Shown: positions 38,844 to 49,103, counted from the first letter of the stretch. The stretch is 49,207 nt of DNA from an uncultured Candidatus Saccharibacteria bacterium (GCA_964621395.1 CAZULS010000001.1:311106-360312); one strand, 5' to 3'. Translations and numbers: made by a program. Notes: generated by a model not told the origin, from the sequence alone.

Positions 38844-39015
38844 GGAAATGAGTATAGCAATGCCACACCTTTTACGCTAGTCTTTCGTGGCTGTGAATAT
38901 GGTGTTTTGTTGTATGTTTGATTATGTGATGCATATAGGTGTGTGAGGTGTGGCATTATGATAAGACAAAAAGATAGCCGCTCCGAGGGAGCGGCTTGAA
39001 AAGGTTTGGGCGCTT

Positions 39016-39249
39016 TTAACGCCTGAGCTTACGGAGAAGATCCTCAAGAAAGGTTTCGGCCATGGCGGCTCCCGCACTTCCTTCATTCCAGAAGTTTGAG
39101 AGTCTGTAAACGGCTGTATCGAAACCGAGAATCTCTATCGCTCCGAAGGCCATCAATATAAGAACCACAAGGACAATGCCCCAGCCAAGTGGTCCCAGAG
39201 AGTTTGTTCGTGCTGGGAGCACGTCACTGTATTTATATTTTCTAGTCAT
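39016..39249 (-). CDS. Small hypothetical membrane protein
   Basis: 77 aa with one TM helix. Confidence 0.5.
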   Translation of the reverse strand: MTRKYKYSDVLPARTNSLGPLGWGIVLVVLILMAFGAIEILGFDTAVYRLSNFWNEGSAGAAMAETFLEDLLRKLRR

Positions 39250-39403
39250 TTTTTTCAAAAGGTTATGGTTATGGGGATTTGACAACTTTTCTATTCTGTA
39301 CTAATTATAAACTATTTATCGATGAATGTCAATACCTTGTCCACAGGGTCGAAAAAGCGCATTTCGCGGGGCGAAATGCGCTTTGACGTGTATAGACATT
39401 ATT

Positions 39404-39458
39404 ATTTTCCCGAGGTTAAACCTTTGGATTAATCAATCAGGTTTAACCTCGGGAAAAT
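39404..39458. repeat. AGGTTWAACCT-type REP-like inverted repeat
   Basis: attttcccgaggttaaacct...aggtttaacctcgggaaaat; relatives at 28404-28422 and 40807-40858. Confidence 0.75.
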
Positions 39459-40637
39459 TCATTCCCCAAGCGAGAGATTTCCTTGGGCAATGATATGTTC
39501 CGGCTCTACGGTGTCGCCACGCAGAAGGCGGAAATAGCCTGCTAGTCCAATCATTGCAGCGTTGTCGGTCGTGGCGCTTTTATCGGGCAGATGAAACGAC
39601 ACGTCGGGCAGCTCGCTTTCAACGACTTTCACGAATGCCCCGCGGAGTGCCTCATTTGCTGAGACGCCACCACCAAGGACGATTGCTTGCGCACCGTATT
39701 CTTTCGCCGCTGCAATGGTTTTGTGTATGAGGACTTCAATCACCGCGCTTTGGAACTCACGGGCGAAGATGCGTTTCATATCTGCAGAGAGTGTTTCAAA
39801 CTTTTTGGCGGCGTAGAGCACGGATGTTTTGATACCGGAAAAAGAGAAATCATAATCGCCCGAATTGAGCATGGGGCGCGGAAATACAATATCGTCGTCG
39901 GCTCTCGGAGGAGCTTCGTCTGTAAGCTTGGAAATGGCGGGTCCACCCGGATACGGCAAATCCAAGACGCGTGCCACCTTATCAAATGCCTCACCAACAG
40001 CATCATCGCGTGTGCCCCCGATGAATGTACAGGAGAAAAGATCATGCATGAGAACGAGTTCGGTGTGTCCACCGGAGACGAGGAGTGCGAGCGCAGGGAA
40101 AGAAACAATGTGTGATCCGAGCGGAAACGTGTTTCCTTTGGAGAAGCCGGAAAGAATATGTCCTTCCATGTGATTGACGGGTACGAGCGGCAAACCCCAG
40201 AGGGTGGCAAGTGCGCGAGCGAAATTGATACCAACCCAAAGCGCCGGCTCAAGTCCGGGGCCTTCGGTGACAGCGATAGCATCAATGTCAGGACGAGCAA
40301 GCGGCACCGCCTCAAGCATAGCGGCATAAAGCTCAGGTTCACGCTCCAGAATACGCGCAATATCTTCTTGAACATCTTCCGGCGCATTCTCGAGCGTGTT
40401 TTCGGGGATCTCAAAGCCTGCATCATCAAGCGCACGCAAACACACCGGCACGAGATTTTTGGCGTGCTCTCGTTTGGCAAGCGAAGGATACACGCCGCCA
40501 TAGGGTGCGTGGATATCAATTTGCGAATGGACGATGTTGCTTCGGATGTGCATTTCCGATTCGTATATATCACCCGTACCTTCCACGATTGCCACAGCTG
40601 TTTCGTCACAACTTGTTTCAATAGCAAGAATAATCAT
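39459..40637 (-). CDS. tsaD: tRNA N6-adenosine threonylcarbamoyltransferase TsaD
   Basis: LAIETSCDET, VNHMEGH, LVSGGHT, DDAVGEAFDK, DNAAMI. Confidence 0.98.
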   Translation of the reverse strand: MIILAIETSCDETAVAIVEGTGDIYESEMHIRSNIVHSQIDIHAPYGGVYPSLAKREHAKNLVPVCLRALDDAGFEIPENTLENAPEDVQEDIARILEREPELYAAMLEAVPLARPDIDAIAVTEGPGLEPALWVGINFARALATLWGLPLVPVNHMEGHILSGFSKGNTFPLGSHIVSFPALALLVSGGHTELVLMHDLFSCTFIGGTRDDAVGEAFDKVARVLDLPYPGGPAISKLTDEAPPRADDDIVFPRPMLNSGDYDFSFSGIKTSVLYAAKKFETLSADMKRIFAREFQSAVIEVLIHKTIAAAKEYGAQAIVLGGGVSANEALRGAFVKVVESELPDVSFHLPDKSATTDNAAMIGLAGYFRLLRGDTVEPEHIIAQGNLSLGE

Positions 40638-40948
40638 CAGGTCAGTATAGCAGTATGATAGGAGGTTAGGAAGTCAGTAAGAACTCCGAATATACGAATA
40701 CATACAAATCTACAAATGATACGAATATGTACGAAACGTGCCTCACACCGCAAGCGGTCGGGCGCAAGACAGGAATCTTCAGTATATTGTCTCTAGAGGT
40801 TACGCGAAAACCGAGGTTGAGCTTTGGTATTCATACCAAAGCTCAACCTTGGTTTTCCGGATTGCATCTCATGTATTTGAGAATGACAGGAATAAATTTG
40901 ATATAATAGAGATAATCGTTTAATAGTGTATCGTTCATCGTTTTTTCT

Positions 40949-41950
40949 ATGGAACTCATTTTTTGGATTATTATCTTTCTTGTGTCACTTGTGGCGATGG
41001 TGAAGGGTGCCGATTGGATGCTCGCGGCAGCGGAGAAAATCGGACTCGCGCTCGGCCTCTCTTCGTTTATCGTCGGTGTGGTGATTGTGGGATTGGGAAC
41101 ATCGTTTCCCGAGGTTATTTCTTCATTCGCGGCGATTCTCCAGGGTGCGCCTGAAATTGTTCCGGCCAATGTGATTGGTTCGAATATCGCCAATATTTTG
41201 CTTGTGGTCGGTCTTTCGGCTGTAGTTGGCGGACGACTTGCCGTCACCAAGAATCTCATTGATCTTGATTTGCCGCTTCTGGCGATTGCTTCAGCACTCT
41301 TTCTTCAAATCATCTGGGACAAGCAGATTGTCTTTACTGAAGCGATATTGCTCCTCATCATGTTTGTCATTTATCTTGCCTACACTATCATCCATCGCGA
41401 GACAGTCGGCGAGGAGGTAAATGGTAATAACGAAGAGCCGACGGAACACACACCCACGCGTGCTGAACGACGACACTTGGGAGAGACGATCGAGCGTCCG
41501 AAGATTGGTGCCAAGGACATTGGCGTGCTTCTTGTGGGACTCGCTGGGCTTGTCATAGGTGCCAACTACTTGATTGAATCGGTGATCACCCTTTCTGAGA
41601 TTTTAAACATTGCACCGGGAGCAATCTCGCTTGCCGCTGTGGCACTCGGTACGTCGCTTCCCGAGCTTTTGGTTTCTGTGCGTGCGGCATGGCAAAAAAA
41701 GCCGGAAGTGGCACTCGGTAATATTTTTGGGTCAAATGTATTCAATATTTTGCTTGTTGCCGGTTTGCCCGGACTTTTCGCCACCTTGCCCGTTGATGAG
41801 CAGACATTTACCCTCGGTATGCCGATTATGCTCATTGCCACGGTGCTCTTCATCATTTCCGGCATTTCCCGCCGCATCCATGTGTACGAAGGCGCGATGT
41901 ATGTGGTCATTTATGTCTTCTTTGTCGGACGACTGTTTGGGTTGTTTTAA
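40949..41950 (+). CDS. Calcium/sodium antiporter (CaCA, YrbG-like)
   Basis: Two alpha repeats: GTSFPE...GSNIAN and GTSLPE...GSNVFN. Confidence 0.95.
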   Translation: MELIFWIIIFLVSLVAMVKGADWMLAAAEKIGLALGLSSFIVGVVIVGLGTSFPEVISSFAAILQGAPEIVPANVIGSNIANILLVVGLSAVVGGRLAVTKNLIDLDLPLLAIASALFLQIIWDKQIVFTEAILLLIMFVIYLAYTIIHRETVGEEVNGNNEEPTEHTPTRAERRHLGETIERPKIGAKDIGVLLVGLAGLVIGANYLIESVITLSEILNIAPGAISLAAVALGTSLPELLVSVRAAWQKKPEVALGNIFGSNVFNILLVAGLPGLFATLPVDEQTFTLGMPIMLIATVLFIISGISRRIHVYEGAMYVVIYVFFVGRLFGLF

Positions 41951-42046
41951 GATTTGAAATACGAAAAACGAAATATGAAAAACCGCCGGCTTCTTGCCCC
42001 ACTTCGCTAAAGCTTCGACGGGGCAAGAAGCCGGCGGTTTTTACAA

Positions 42047-42838
42047 TTAAGAATAGCTCAATTTGGTTGGTGTGTTGTGACCCGCAATAAATTCCTTGAA
42101 AGCTTCCATATCTTTTTGAGAGCCTAAAATTCGAATTTGTTTTTCATCTTTTACTAAAATCTGGCTACCTTCTTTATCAGTCCATTGGGCATATTCAGCA
42201 TAATTTAGGTTTCCTTTCTCTTGGATGAGGGTATCTGTGTCTCCCCAGTTATACATTAAACTACCTCCCGCACCTCTGTCAGCGTTATGAGAACGTGTAA
42301 GTTCGTCAAATAATGATTGATTATCTCTAAAATACTTCACTTTCTTTACGTTTAGTAATATAGGTAGTACATAAGGAGTGTCTGAGTACCACTCTACTTC
42401 CTCATCATATAGTTTTCTCATGTTAACTTCAGGATATTTTCGGGAGAAAGATACCATCTGTTTTTTGAAGTCGTCAAAAGTTGGGCGCTTAGGTTTTTCC
42501 GGATCGAATCTTTTTAAAGCATCTTCTGCGAATAATTGTGCCGTTCCTCTTTCGAAACTAAACCAATTTCCCAGTCCGGAGACGCGTGCGGTTAGACCCT
42601 TTTTATTTTTTATCTCAGATAATTTATTCCCTGTTTCTTTTTCTATTGTAGATGTTCCATGGTAAACAATATCTTTTACTTTACTCTCAGGAAATATGGT
42701 TTCTAAATATTGGGAATATTGTTCCTCAGTCCCCACACGGCTTATCTCTGGATTTTGTTCAAACACAAAATCAACACCTTCCTTTACGGAGGGTTTTTCA
42801 GTAGCATTGTTTAGTACCGTGCTTTTTAAGTTCTCCAT
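42047..42838 (-). CDS. Hypothetical protein, possible ADP-ribosyltransferase-like fold
   Basis: VYHGT...GNWFS...AQLFA...LPILLNVKK...QILVKDEKQI pattern; AT-rich. Confidence 0.65.
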   Translation of the reverse strand: MENLKSTVLNNATEKPSVKEGVDFVFEQNPEISRVGTEEQYSQYLETIFPESKVKDIVYHGTSTIEKETGNKLSEIKNKKGLTARVSGLGNWFSFERGTAQLFAEDALKRFDPEKPKRPTFDDFKKQMVSFSRKYPEVNMRKLYDEEVEWYSDTPYVLPILLNVKKVKYFRDNQSLFDELTRSHNADRGAGGSLMYNWGDTDTLIQEKGNLNYAEYAQWTDKEGSQILVKDEKQIRILGSQKDMEAFKEFIAGHNTPTKLSYS

Positions 42839-42945
42839 TTTGTAATCATTGAAGTTAGAGTAGTAATAGCTCCTCTTTTTGGTATTTCTGCAGCAACAAA
42901 AAATTCACCTGCTGTGCCCGTTATGTCGTAGTTTATTCTTTTCAT
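42826..42945 (-). pseudogene. Truncated fragment resembling a PD-(D/E)XK nuclease N-terminus
   Basis: MKRINYDITGTAGEFFVAAEIPKRG... (G.AGE..VAAE...RG helix), then similarity ends. Confidence 0.45.
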
Positions 42946-42960
42946 ACCTTTGACTAAATG

Positions 42961-43047
<87 letters not shown>

Positions 43048-43220
43048 GTGTTGGAAATTAAATAATAAATTACATAATTAATTATATAATTTATTATTTA
43101 ATTAATTTTGACATGACACGCTCAAAACGTGAATATGTACGAAACATACTACCACTTTTTGCTATTTTTTCAAAACGTGTTACAATAATCGCCATTCGCG
43201 GTCTTAATTCCGTGAATCAC

Positions 43221-43292
43221 GGCCCTATCGTCTAACGGTTAGGACGTCAGGTTTTCATCCTGGAAATCGGGGTTCGATTCCCCGTAGGGTCA
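43221..43292 (+). tRNA. tRNA-Glu(TTC)
   Basis: GGCCCTA acceptor, cagg-ttTTCat-cctg, GGTTCGATTCC. Confidence 0.95.
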
Positions 43293-43400
43293 CAAATTGA
43301 AGAGGTGAGGGCGCGTGATGTTCCTTTCAGGAACATCGCGCGCCGAATATCTGCCGAAGTATTCGTTATACAGTTGTTTTTATGCTATCATAAGGCGCAT

Positions 43401-44828
43401 ATGGAGCAAAAGAAACAAGTGATTACACCGCAGGCGGAAGATTTTGCACAGTGGTATCAGGATGTTGTGAAAGAAGCCGGTCTTGCCGAGAGTTCAGAAG
43501 TGCGCGGCTGCGGCATTATAAAGCCGTACGGGTACACAATATGGGAACTCATCAAAGATGAACTTTCCAAGCGTATTGCCGACACGGGAGCAGAGAATGT
43601 GTATTTCCCGATGTTTGTGCCGATTGCTCACTTGGAGGCGGAAGCCGATCATGTGGAAGGATTCTCTCCCGAGCTTGCCGTGGTGACTCACGCAGGAGGT
43701 GAAGAGCTTACCGAAAAGCTTGCTGTGCGCCCGACGAGCGAGGCGGCAATGTACACCACGTATGCCAAGTGGGTGCAGAGTTATCGTGATTTACCGATGC
43801 GACTGAATCAGTGGAATAATGTTGTGCGTTGGGAGAAGCGCCCGCGTGCTTTTTTGCGGTGGAGTGAATTTCAATGGCAAGAGGGGCATTCGGTTTTCCC
43901 CGACGAAGAATCTGCTCGCGACGAAGTGTGGGACATGCTCAATCTCTACAAAGAAATGTATCGGTATTTGTCCATCCCCGTGTTTGACGGACGAAAATCA
44001 GATATGGAAAAATTTGCCGGTGCGGTGATGACGACGACTGTTGAGGCGATGGCGCGGGACGGAAAAGCAATTCAAGGAGGGACGAGTCATTATCTCGGTA
44101 CCAATTTTGCCAAGGTGTTTGATGTGACGTATCTCGGTGAAGATGGCCAGCAGCATTTGGCACATCAAACGAGCTGGGGCTTAAGCTGGCGCAGTGTGGG
44201 TGCGCTTATCATGGCACATGGTGATGACAGTGGTTTACGCTTGCCGCCGAATGTGGCACCGATTCAGGTGGTGATTGTGCCGATTTACAGAGATGAGAAC
44301 AAAGATGCAGTGCTCTCTTATGCGCATGATATTGCAGATAAAATGGAGGGAGTGCGTGTGCATGTTGATGACCGTGATGGGCAAACCCCGGGATTTAAAT
44401 TCAATGAATGGGAGGTAAAAGGTGTGCCGGTACGCTTCGAAATTGGTGGTAAAGAGGTGGATGAAAAAGCAGTCACGGTGTATCGCCGTGATCTTGGAGA
44501 GAAAGAGACAAAGACACTCGATGAGGCAATTGCCACTCTTCCGGAATTGTTTACATCGATTGGCGACACATTGTTTGAACAGGCACATGCATTTGCCAAG
44601 AATCACATTCATCGTGTTGAAAGTATTGATGAAATAGACGATAGGGCCGGTTTCTTCGAAGCGAGTTGGTCGGAAACCGTTGAATCTGAAAAAATCTTAA
44701 AAGAGCGCTTCTCTATGGTGTCACGTGTGTTGCCCAGGGAATATGAGAACGCCACACCAAAAAATGCGAAATGTTTCATTACCGGAGAGCCGGCAAAACA
44801 CGATTGGTATTTCGCGAAGAGTTATTAA
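43401..44828 (+). CDS. proS: Proline--tRNA ligase, archaeal/eukaryal type
   Basis: EADHVEGFSPE, VRPTSE, FLRWSEFQWQEGH, QTSWGLS, C-terminal AKSY; no INS editing domain; start at ATG 43401. Confidence 0.98.
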   Translation: MEQKKQVITPQAEDFAQWYQDVVKEAGLAESSEVRGCGIIKPYGYTIWELIKDELSKRIADTGAENVYFPMFVPIAHLEAEADHVEGFSPELAVVTHAGGEELTEKLAVRPTSEAAMYTTYAKWVQSYRDLPMRLNQWNNVVRWEKRPRAFLRWSEFQWQEGHSVFPDEESARDEVWDMLNLYKEMYRYLSIPVFDGRKSDMEKFAGAVMTTTVEAMARDGKAIQGGTSHYLGTNFAKVFDVTYLGEDGQQHLAHQTSWGLSWRSVGALIMAHGDDSGLRLPPNVAPIQVVIVPIYRDENKDAVLSYAHDIADKMEGVRVHVDDRDGQTPGFKFNEWEVKGVPVRFEIGGKEVDEKAVTVYRRDLGEKETKTLDEAIATLPELFTSIGDTLFEQAHAFAKNHIHRVESIDEIDDRAGFFEASWSETVESEKILKERFSMVSRVLPREYENATPKNAKCFITGEPAKHDWYFAKSY

Positions 44829-44869
44829 AAAACGGCGCGACTTAGTCGTGTCTTTCTTTGCCGTGGAAT

Positions 44870-45346
44870 ATGCAAACGATACTCTACAAAGGAGAGAACG
44901 ATGACGATAAGGTGATGTATGTCATGCGCGGTTTGCCTGGTTCTGGAAAAACAACAATGGCGCGAACACTTTCGAAATATGTGTATGCAACGGATGATTT
45001 TTGGATGAAAGATGGAAAGTATGTGTTTAATATTGAACGATTGAAAGAGGCGCATCGCTGGAACGTCAATCGTGTTGAAGATGTTTTGAAAGAAAGTATG
45101 TCGCCAATTGTGGTAGATAATACCAATCTTGAATCCCGTGATATCAAACCGTATCTTCTACTAGCAATGGAGTATAACTATTCCGTTATTCTTGCAGAAC
45201 CTGATACTCCATGGAAACACGATATCGCCGTTCTTGCAGAGAAGAATCTCCATCATATTGGAGCAGAAGTACTGCAAAAGAAACTGGTGCGATTTAAACG
45301 TGATATCACACTGCGGGATGTACTTGATGCGGAAGTAAATATCTAG
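44870..45346 (+). CDS. AAA_33/N4BP2-like P-loop (polynucleotide) kinase
   Basis: VMRGLPGSGKTT, TDDF, AHRWN, IVVDNTN, EPDTPW. Confidence 0.88.
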   Translation: MQTILYKGENDDDKVMYVMRGLPGSGKTTMARTLSKYVYATDDFWMKDGKYVFNIERLKEAHRWNVNRVEDVLKESMSPIVVDNTNLESRDIKPYLLLAMEYNYSVILAEPDTPWKHDIAVLAEKNLHHIGAEVLQKKLVRFKRDITLRDVLDAEVNI

Positions 45347-45499
45347 ATTCCCGCTCGGGAGCGGGAATGACAGGAACAGAGAGTATCGTAATTTCTGGCT
45401 TGACCCCAAAACCAGAGGTGGAGTAAGAAAAGACAAAAACGGCGCGGACATGAAATGTCCGCGCCGTTTTGCTAATTCCGAATTTCTAACTTCTAATTT

Positions 45500-46621
45500 C
45501 TAGAGCAGTATTTTCCGCTCCGGATGTGCGAAATAGTCTTGCGCGCCGATACTCCAGAGTTGGGTGTCGTTGCCGTCGGGCTTGGCCGTGCCGTTTTCGT
45601 CGATGAGAAAGAGTTCGGGCGTGGCATCCGTTATGTGCGGAACAATACGCTCGCTTATTTCTTTCACATGGGGGAGATTGTGTTTGCGCGCCGCCATGTG
45701 GATCATAGCTTGCTCGTATGTCCACACAGTACGGGCATGGTATTTGTCGTGCATGTCTTTTTCCGTTTCGGCATCAATAGTGCGGTAGCCAACGGCTGTT
45801 TCAAGGGCTTGGGAAAAGAGGGCGATGCGCTCGGCGATGTCGTTGGGGACGTCTTCCGGCTTAAGATAGGCGAGGCCGTGGAGGAGTCCGGAGGAGATAC
45901 CGTCGATAGGACCGCGTGTGTCACGGGCAATGCGATACAAACCACGGTCACTCTGCCAGAGCTGAATAAGCTCGCTGAGCATGACCTCGGTCGTATGCTC
46001 GTAGGTATGCTTTTCAAGGAGCGTATCAGCGGCGCGAAGCGCTCGGAGGTTTTGAATATGAGCGAATGTGTACACAATCGGATATACGGGAATACCGCCC
46101 GTTCGACGTGCCACTTCAGAATCTTTCCAATAGGTCACCTTAAGTGCGTATTCATCGGCATCGGAAAATGACGGATCCACACTAAACCAGCCGTCACGAA
46201 TGTGATTCAAGATATACAACGATGCGCGTTCGATGCGTTCTTTTTCTTGCTCGGCAAGCGCGCCATCGCCACTTACTTTCTTATAAATATCATGCCCAAT
46301 GAGATACAGCGCTGTAGTGTCGCAGGCATTGAATTCGGTGGAGCGTCCGCGATAAATAACCGGCGGATACTGATGGAAAATTTTCCCCGGCTCTTCACCG
46401 GTAAACGGATCTTTCCTTTCTCCCTGGCGCGCACCGGAAAAAAGAAGCTGATCATGGAGAAGCGAGACATTACTCGTGAGGATGCCGGTGATGATGCCAT
46501 CGCGCGTGAAATTCTGCGGGAAGTCATGAGCAAACACACATCCTTCCCGTTTTTCTTTATTGATACCGGCTTTGTAAAGCGTGTAGCCGGCGAGGATCAT
46601 GCGAAGGTCTTGGGGAATCAT
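45500..46621 (-). CDS. Glycogen-debranching / amylo-alpha-1,6-glucosidase-like glycosidase
   Basis: FTRDG, GEEPGKIFH, DTTALYL, YWKDS, YH...VW, PELF, QLWS. Confidence 0.8.
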   Translation of the reverse strand: MIPQDLRMILAGYTLYKAGINKEKREGCVFAHDFPQNFTRDGIITGILTSNVSLLHDQLLFSGARQGERKDPFTGEEPGKIFHQYPPVIYRGRSTEFNACDTTALYLIGHDIYKKVSGDGALAEQEKERIERASLYILNHIRDGWFSVDPSFSDADEYALKVTYWKDSEVARRTGGIPVYPIVYTFAHIQNLRALRAADTLLEKHTYEHTTEVMLSELIQLWQSDRGLYRIARDTRGPIDGISSGLLHGLAYLKPEDVPNDIAERIALFSQALETAVGYRTIDAETEKDMHDKYHARTVWTYEQAMIHMAARKHNLPHVKEISERIVPHITDATPELFLIDENGTAKPDGNDTQLWSIGAQDYFAHPERKILL

Positions 46622-46687
46622 ATGTTAGGAGGTTAGTAAATTAGGAAATTAAGCATTAAAAAAGACACATATAGTATAGCATGTCTC

Positions 46688-46896
46688 TTCAATTCCTGTG
46701 TCGCCGCACAGATACAACACATGAATGTCCCGGAGTTACTAAGCGTATTGCTTCGCTAAAGCTCGCAATCCGCTAAGTACTCCTGGACGCGGCTCGCAGC
46801 CCCGCAAGCGGGGACCCACTGCTCCGCCGTTCAATTCATGTGTCGCCTCACAAATACATAATAAGCACGGAGGCATGCTCCGTACTTATGTATTTG
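46688..46896 (-). other. tRNA-Val 3' tail element (anti-tRNA, GTCCA...GGGAC module, second anti-tRNA)
   Basis: Minus strand: hairpin, ggcgacacatgaattgaac, gcgagccgcgtccaggagtacttagcggattgc...gcaatacgcttagtaactccgggac, attcatgtg, ggcgacacaggaattgaa. Confidence 0.8.
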
Positions 46897-46970
46897 TGGG
46901 CGACACAGGAATTGAACCTGTGACCTTCACAATGTCAATGTGACGCTCTAACCATCTGAGCTAGCCGCCC
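46897..46970 (-). tRNA. tRNA-Val(GAC)
   Basis: GGGCGGC acceptor, tcaca-ttGACat-tgtga, GGTTCAATTCC. Confidence 0.95.
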
Positions 46971-47054
46971 GTGGGATTATCTTACACTTTTGCAGCACTG
47001 ATTTCAATGGGAATGTAGTGAAAAAATTTAACAGATGATATAATTCAACGTATT

Positions 47055-47819
47055 ATGATTAATAAAACAACAGATGAAGACGGAGGTGTTGGATTTAAGA
47101 AATTTAATCAACAAAGCGGAGGGGATTATTGGGAGAATTATTTTAGGCGAGACAAAGAATTCTACGATACGATTAAAAAACATATGTCAAAATATATTCC
47201 CCGAAGAGACACGCGTGGTCTTGATATAGGTGCTGGTCCTGGAGTCGGTGCGCGTTTGCTTGTTGATCTAGGATTTGCAACCAGGCTGACCGGATTGGAG
47301 CCTTCGCAGACACATCTCGATGGCAAGAGACTCTCCGAAGAACTGCTTTCTCAGAAAAGTTCTGTTGAATATCATGTAGAGAATGGTGGGATTGCAGATG
47401 TAGATGTTTACAGTAGAGCTGTTTTTGATTATATATTAATACTCAGAGCATCTCATGAAATAGGGGAATCGTTGGGGAGTAAAGAATCTTTCTTTTCTGA
47501 ACTCTCGAGAATATCTCAATCGCTAAAGAAGCCTGGCTTCTTGATTATTGCAGAGCCTCAATATTCAGAGGATATTAATCCAGAGGAAGTCGTAAAAAAA
47601 GTACAGAAATACCAACTAGAAAACATCGGGCATTGCCATGTGCCCGATGATTATATCAATGCTAGAGAAATGCGAATACAAATCGAGAAATTGGGATTAC
47701 AACTAAAAAAAGAGACGATTTTGCCCAATGGTAAACTTTTAGATTATCTGCGGTCGGAAGAAATGAGTATAGAAGAGAGTCCTTGCAGTTTTTACGTGCA
47801 AACTTTTATGAAGCAGTAA
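47055..47819 (+). CDS. Class I SAM-dependent methyltransferase
   Basis: LDIGAGPG motif I, GLEPS, FDYI, LKKPGFLIIAE. Confidence 0.85.
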   Translation: MINKTTDEDGGVGFKKFNQQSGGDYWENYFRRDKEFYDTIKKHMSKYIPRRDTRGLDIGAGPGVGARLLVDLGFATRLTGLEPSQTHLDGKRLSEELLSQKSSVEYHVENGGIADVDVYSRAVFDYILILRASHEIGESLGSKESFFSELSRISQSLKKPGFLIIAEPQYSEDINPEEVVKKVQKYQLENIGHCHVPDDYINAREMRIQIEKLGLQLKKETILPNGKLLDYLRSEEMSIEESPCSFYVQTFMKQ

Positions 47820-48516
47820 AAGTATCGTCTCGTATATAAGAAACATCTCTGTGTTGCTCCAATTCTTTCTTGAATTGTTGTACAGAATCAGAATCAGGAG
47901 TCCACTCCTGAGGATTCTTGAGAAAATGAATTAACATCTCTGCAATACGTCCAGGAAAATATCCCTTATGGGCGAGTCCTTCAACTAATTCGTGGGCGGA
48001 GATGAGGGAGTATGTCTGTATATTTTTTTCTTGAAAGGTAGGTATTTTGTCCCACGTATTATAATCGACAATCACAATCATTGATGAGTATTGAAATCCT
48101 TCTTTATCGGCCTCCTCAAAGACGGAGGTCATGCCTTTTCCTTTGGCGCTTAGATTATCAATGAATATTATTTTCGCACCCTTATGATATTTTCCATCAA
48201 ATGCTTCTTTTGAGCCATAGCTCTTCCTCTCTCCTCGAGCAAATATCCAGGGTATGCCGGAAGCAAGCGAGGCCGCTGATGCTAGGCTAATTCCTGTTGT
48301 GGAGATACCGCATAATATATCACAACCGCCTATGTCTTTTGCTTCCTGAGCAATTTGCTCGCCGATAAATTTGAGAAAATCTGGATTAGACACAGAAACA
48401 TCCGCCCACATTGGTATTACCACGGGCGTATTTGGTTTTGAAAAATGACCAACAAGGAAGCTCTTCTGTTTTGCGACTTCCTCTATTATTCTTTCTTTTA
48501 TTTTTGATTTATCCAT
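47806..48516 (-). CDS. Orotate phosphoribosyltransferase-like (type I PRTase), divergent
   Basis: GISTTGISLA, FARGERKSYG flexible loop, IIFIDNLSAKG PRPP loop. Confidence 0.75.
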   Translation of the reverse strand: MDKSKIKERIIEEVAKQKSFLVGHFSKPNTPVVIPMWADVSVSNPDFLKFIGEQIAQEAKDIGGCDILCGISTTGISLASAASLASGIPWIFARGERKSYGSKEAFDGKYHKGAKIIFIDNLSAKGKGMTSVFEEADKEGFQYSSMIVIVDYNTWDKIPTFQEKNIQTYSLISAHELVEGLAHKGYFPGRIAEMLIHFLKNPQEWTPDSDSVQQFKKELEQHRDVSYIRDDTFTAS

Positions 48517-48578
48517 AAGAATGATTATAAAGTAAAACCCCTGGCATTTTCAACCAGGGGCGGGACCATGTCCCTTGA

Positions 48579-49103
48579 TTATTCCACGGAAGTTGCCACC
48601 GAAGAAAGCTTCTCAAGCAACTCGCGACCATTAGAAAAGGTCTCAAGATTGACTTTCGCTCCCACCGCTCGCATGGACTGTAGGAACCCAGGAAGGATTC
48701 TGCATTTCTCATGCGCGATGATTACCTTCCTGTAGGCAGCGGCATACCCGAGCTCAGTAAGTGTTCCTGCGCCGCCACCGATTACGACGACAACATTCGC
48801 GCTTTCAACGAGAAGGCTGTTTCTTGCGAAGCCCATCCCGGTGTAGGTGATGGTGCCTCCAGGAAGTGGAAAGCCTTTCTCTTCGTGTTCTACCTTTGAG
48901 TCCCAGGGCGAGATGCCAAGGAGCTTTTCTGTTGGACCGCCAGCAGCAATAAAGGACTGAACGAATTTGTAGGGGAGGCCAGTGCCCGCACCCCAAACAA
49001 TTTCCTCAATACTCTGCATGTTTGCTACGACTTCCCCGCAACAACCTGCAAGATCCCTTTCGTTTCCGAACGGCTTCGATCCACCACACACTGCTATTTT
49101 CAT
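48579..49103 (-). CDS. LOG/SLOG family protein
   Basis: IAVCGGS, GAGTGLP, GISP, YTGMGFARN, IGGGAGTLTE. Confidence 0.85.
   Translation of the reverse strand: MKIAVCGGSKPFGNERDLAGCCGEVVANMQSIEEIVWGAGTGLPYKFVQSFIAAGGPTEKLLGISPWDSKVEHEEKGFPLPGGTITYTGMGFARNSLLVESANVVVVIGGGAGTLTELGYAAAYRKVIIAHEKCRILPGFLQSMRAVGAKVNLETFSNGRELLEKLSSVATSVE

Noticed and set aside
43293-43400. T-box leaders for proS or valS
   Set aside because: Both have a -10 box within about 10 nt of the ATG and no T-box consensus.
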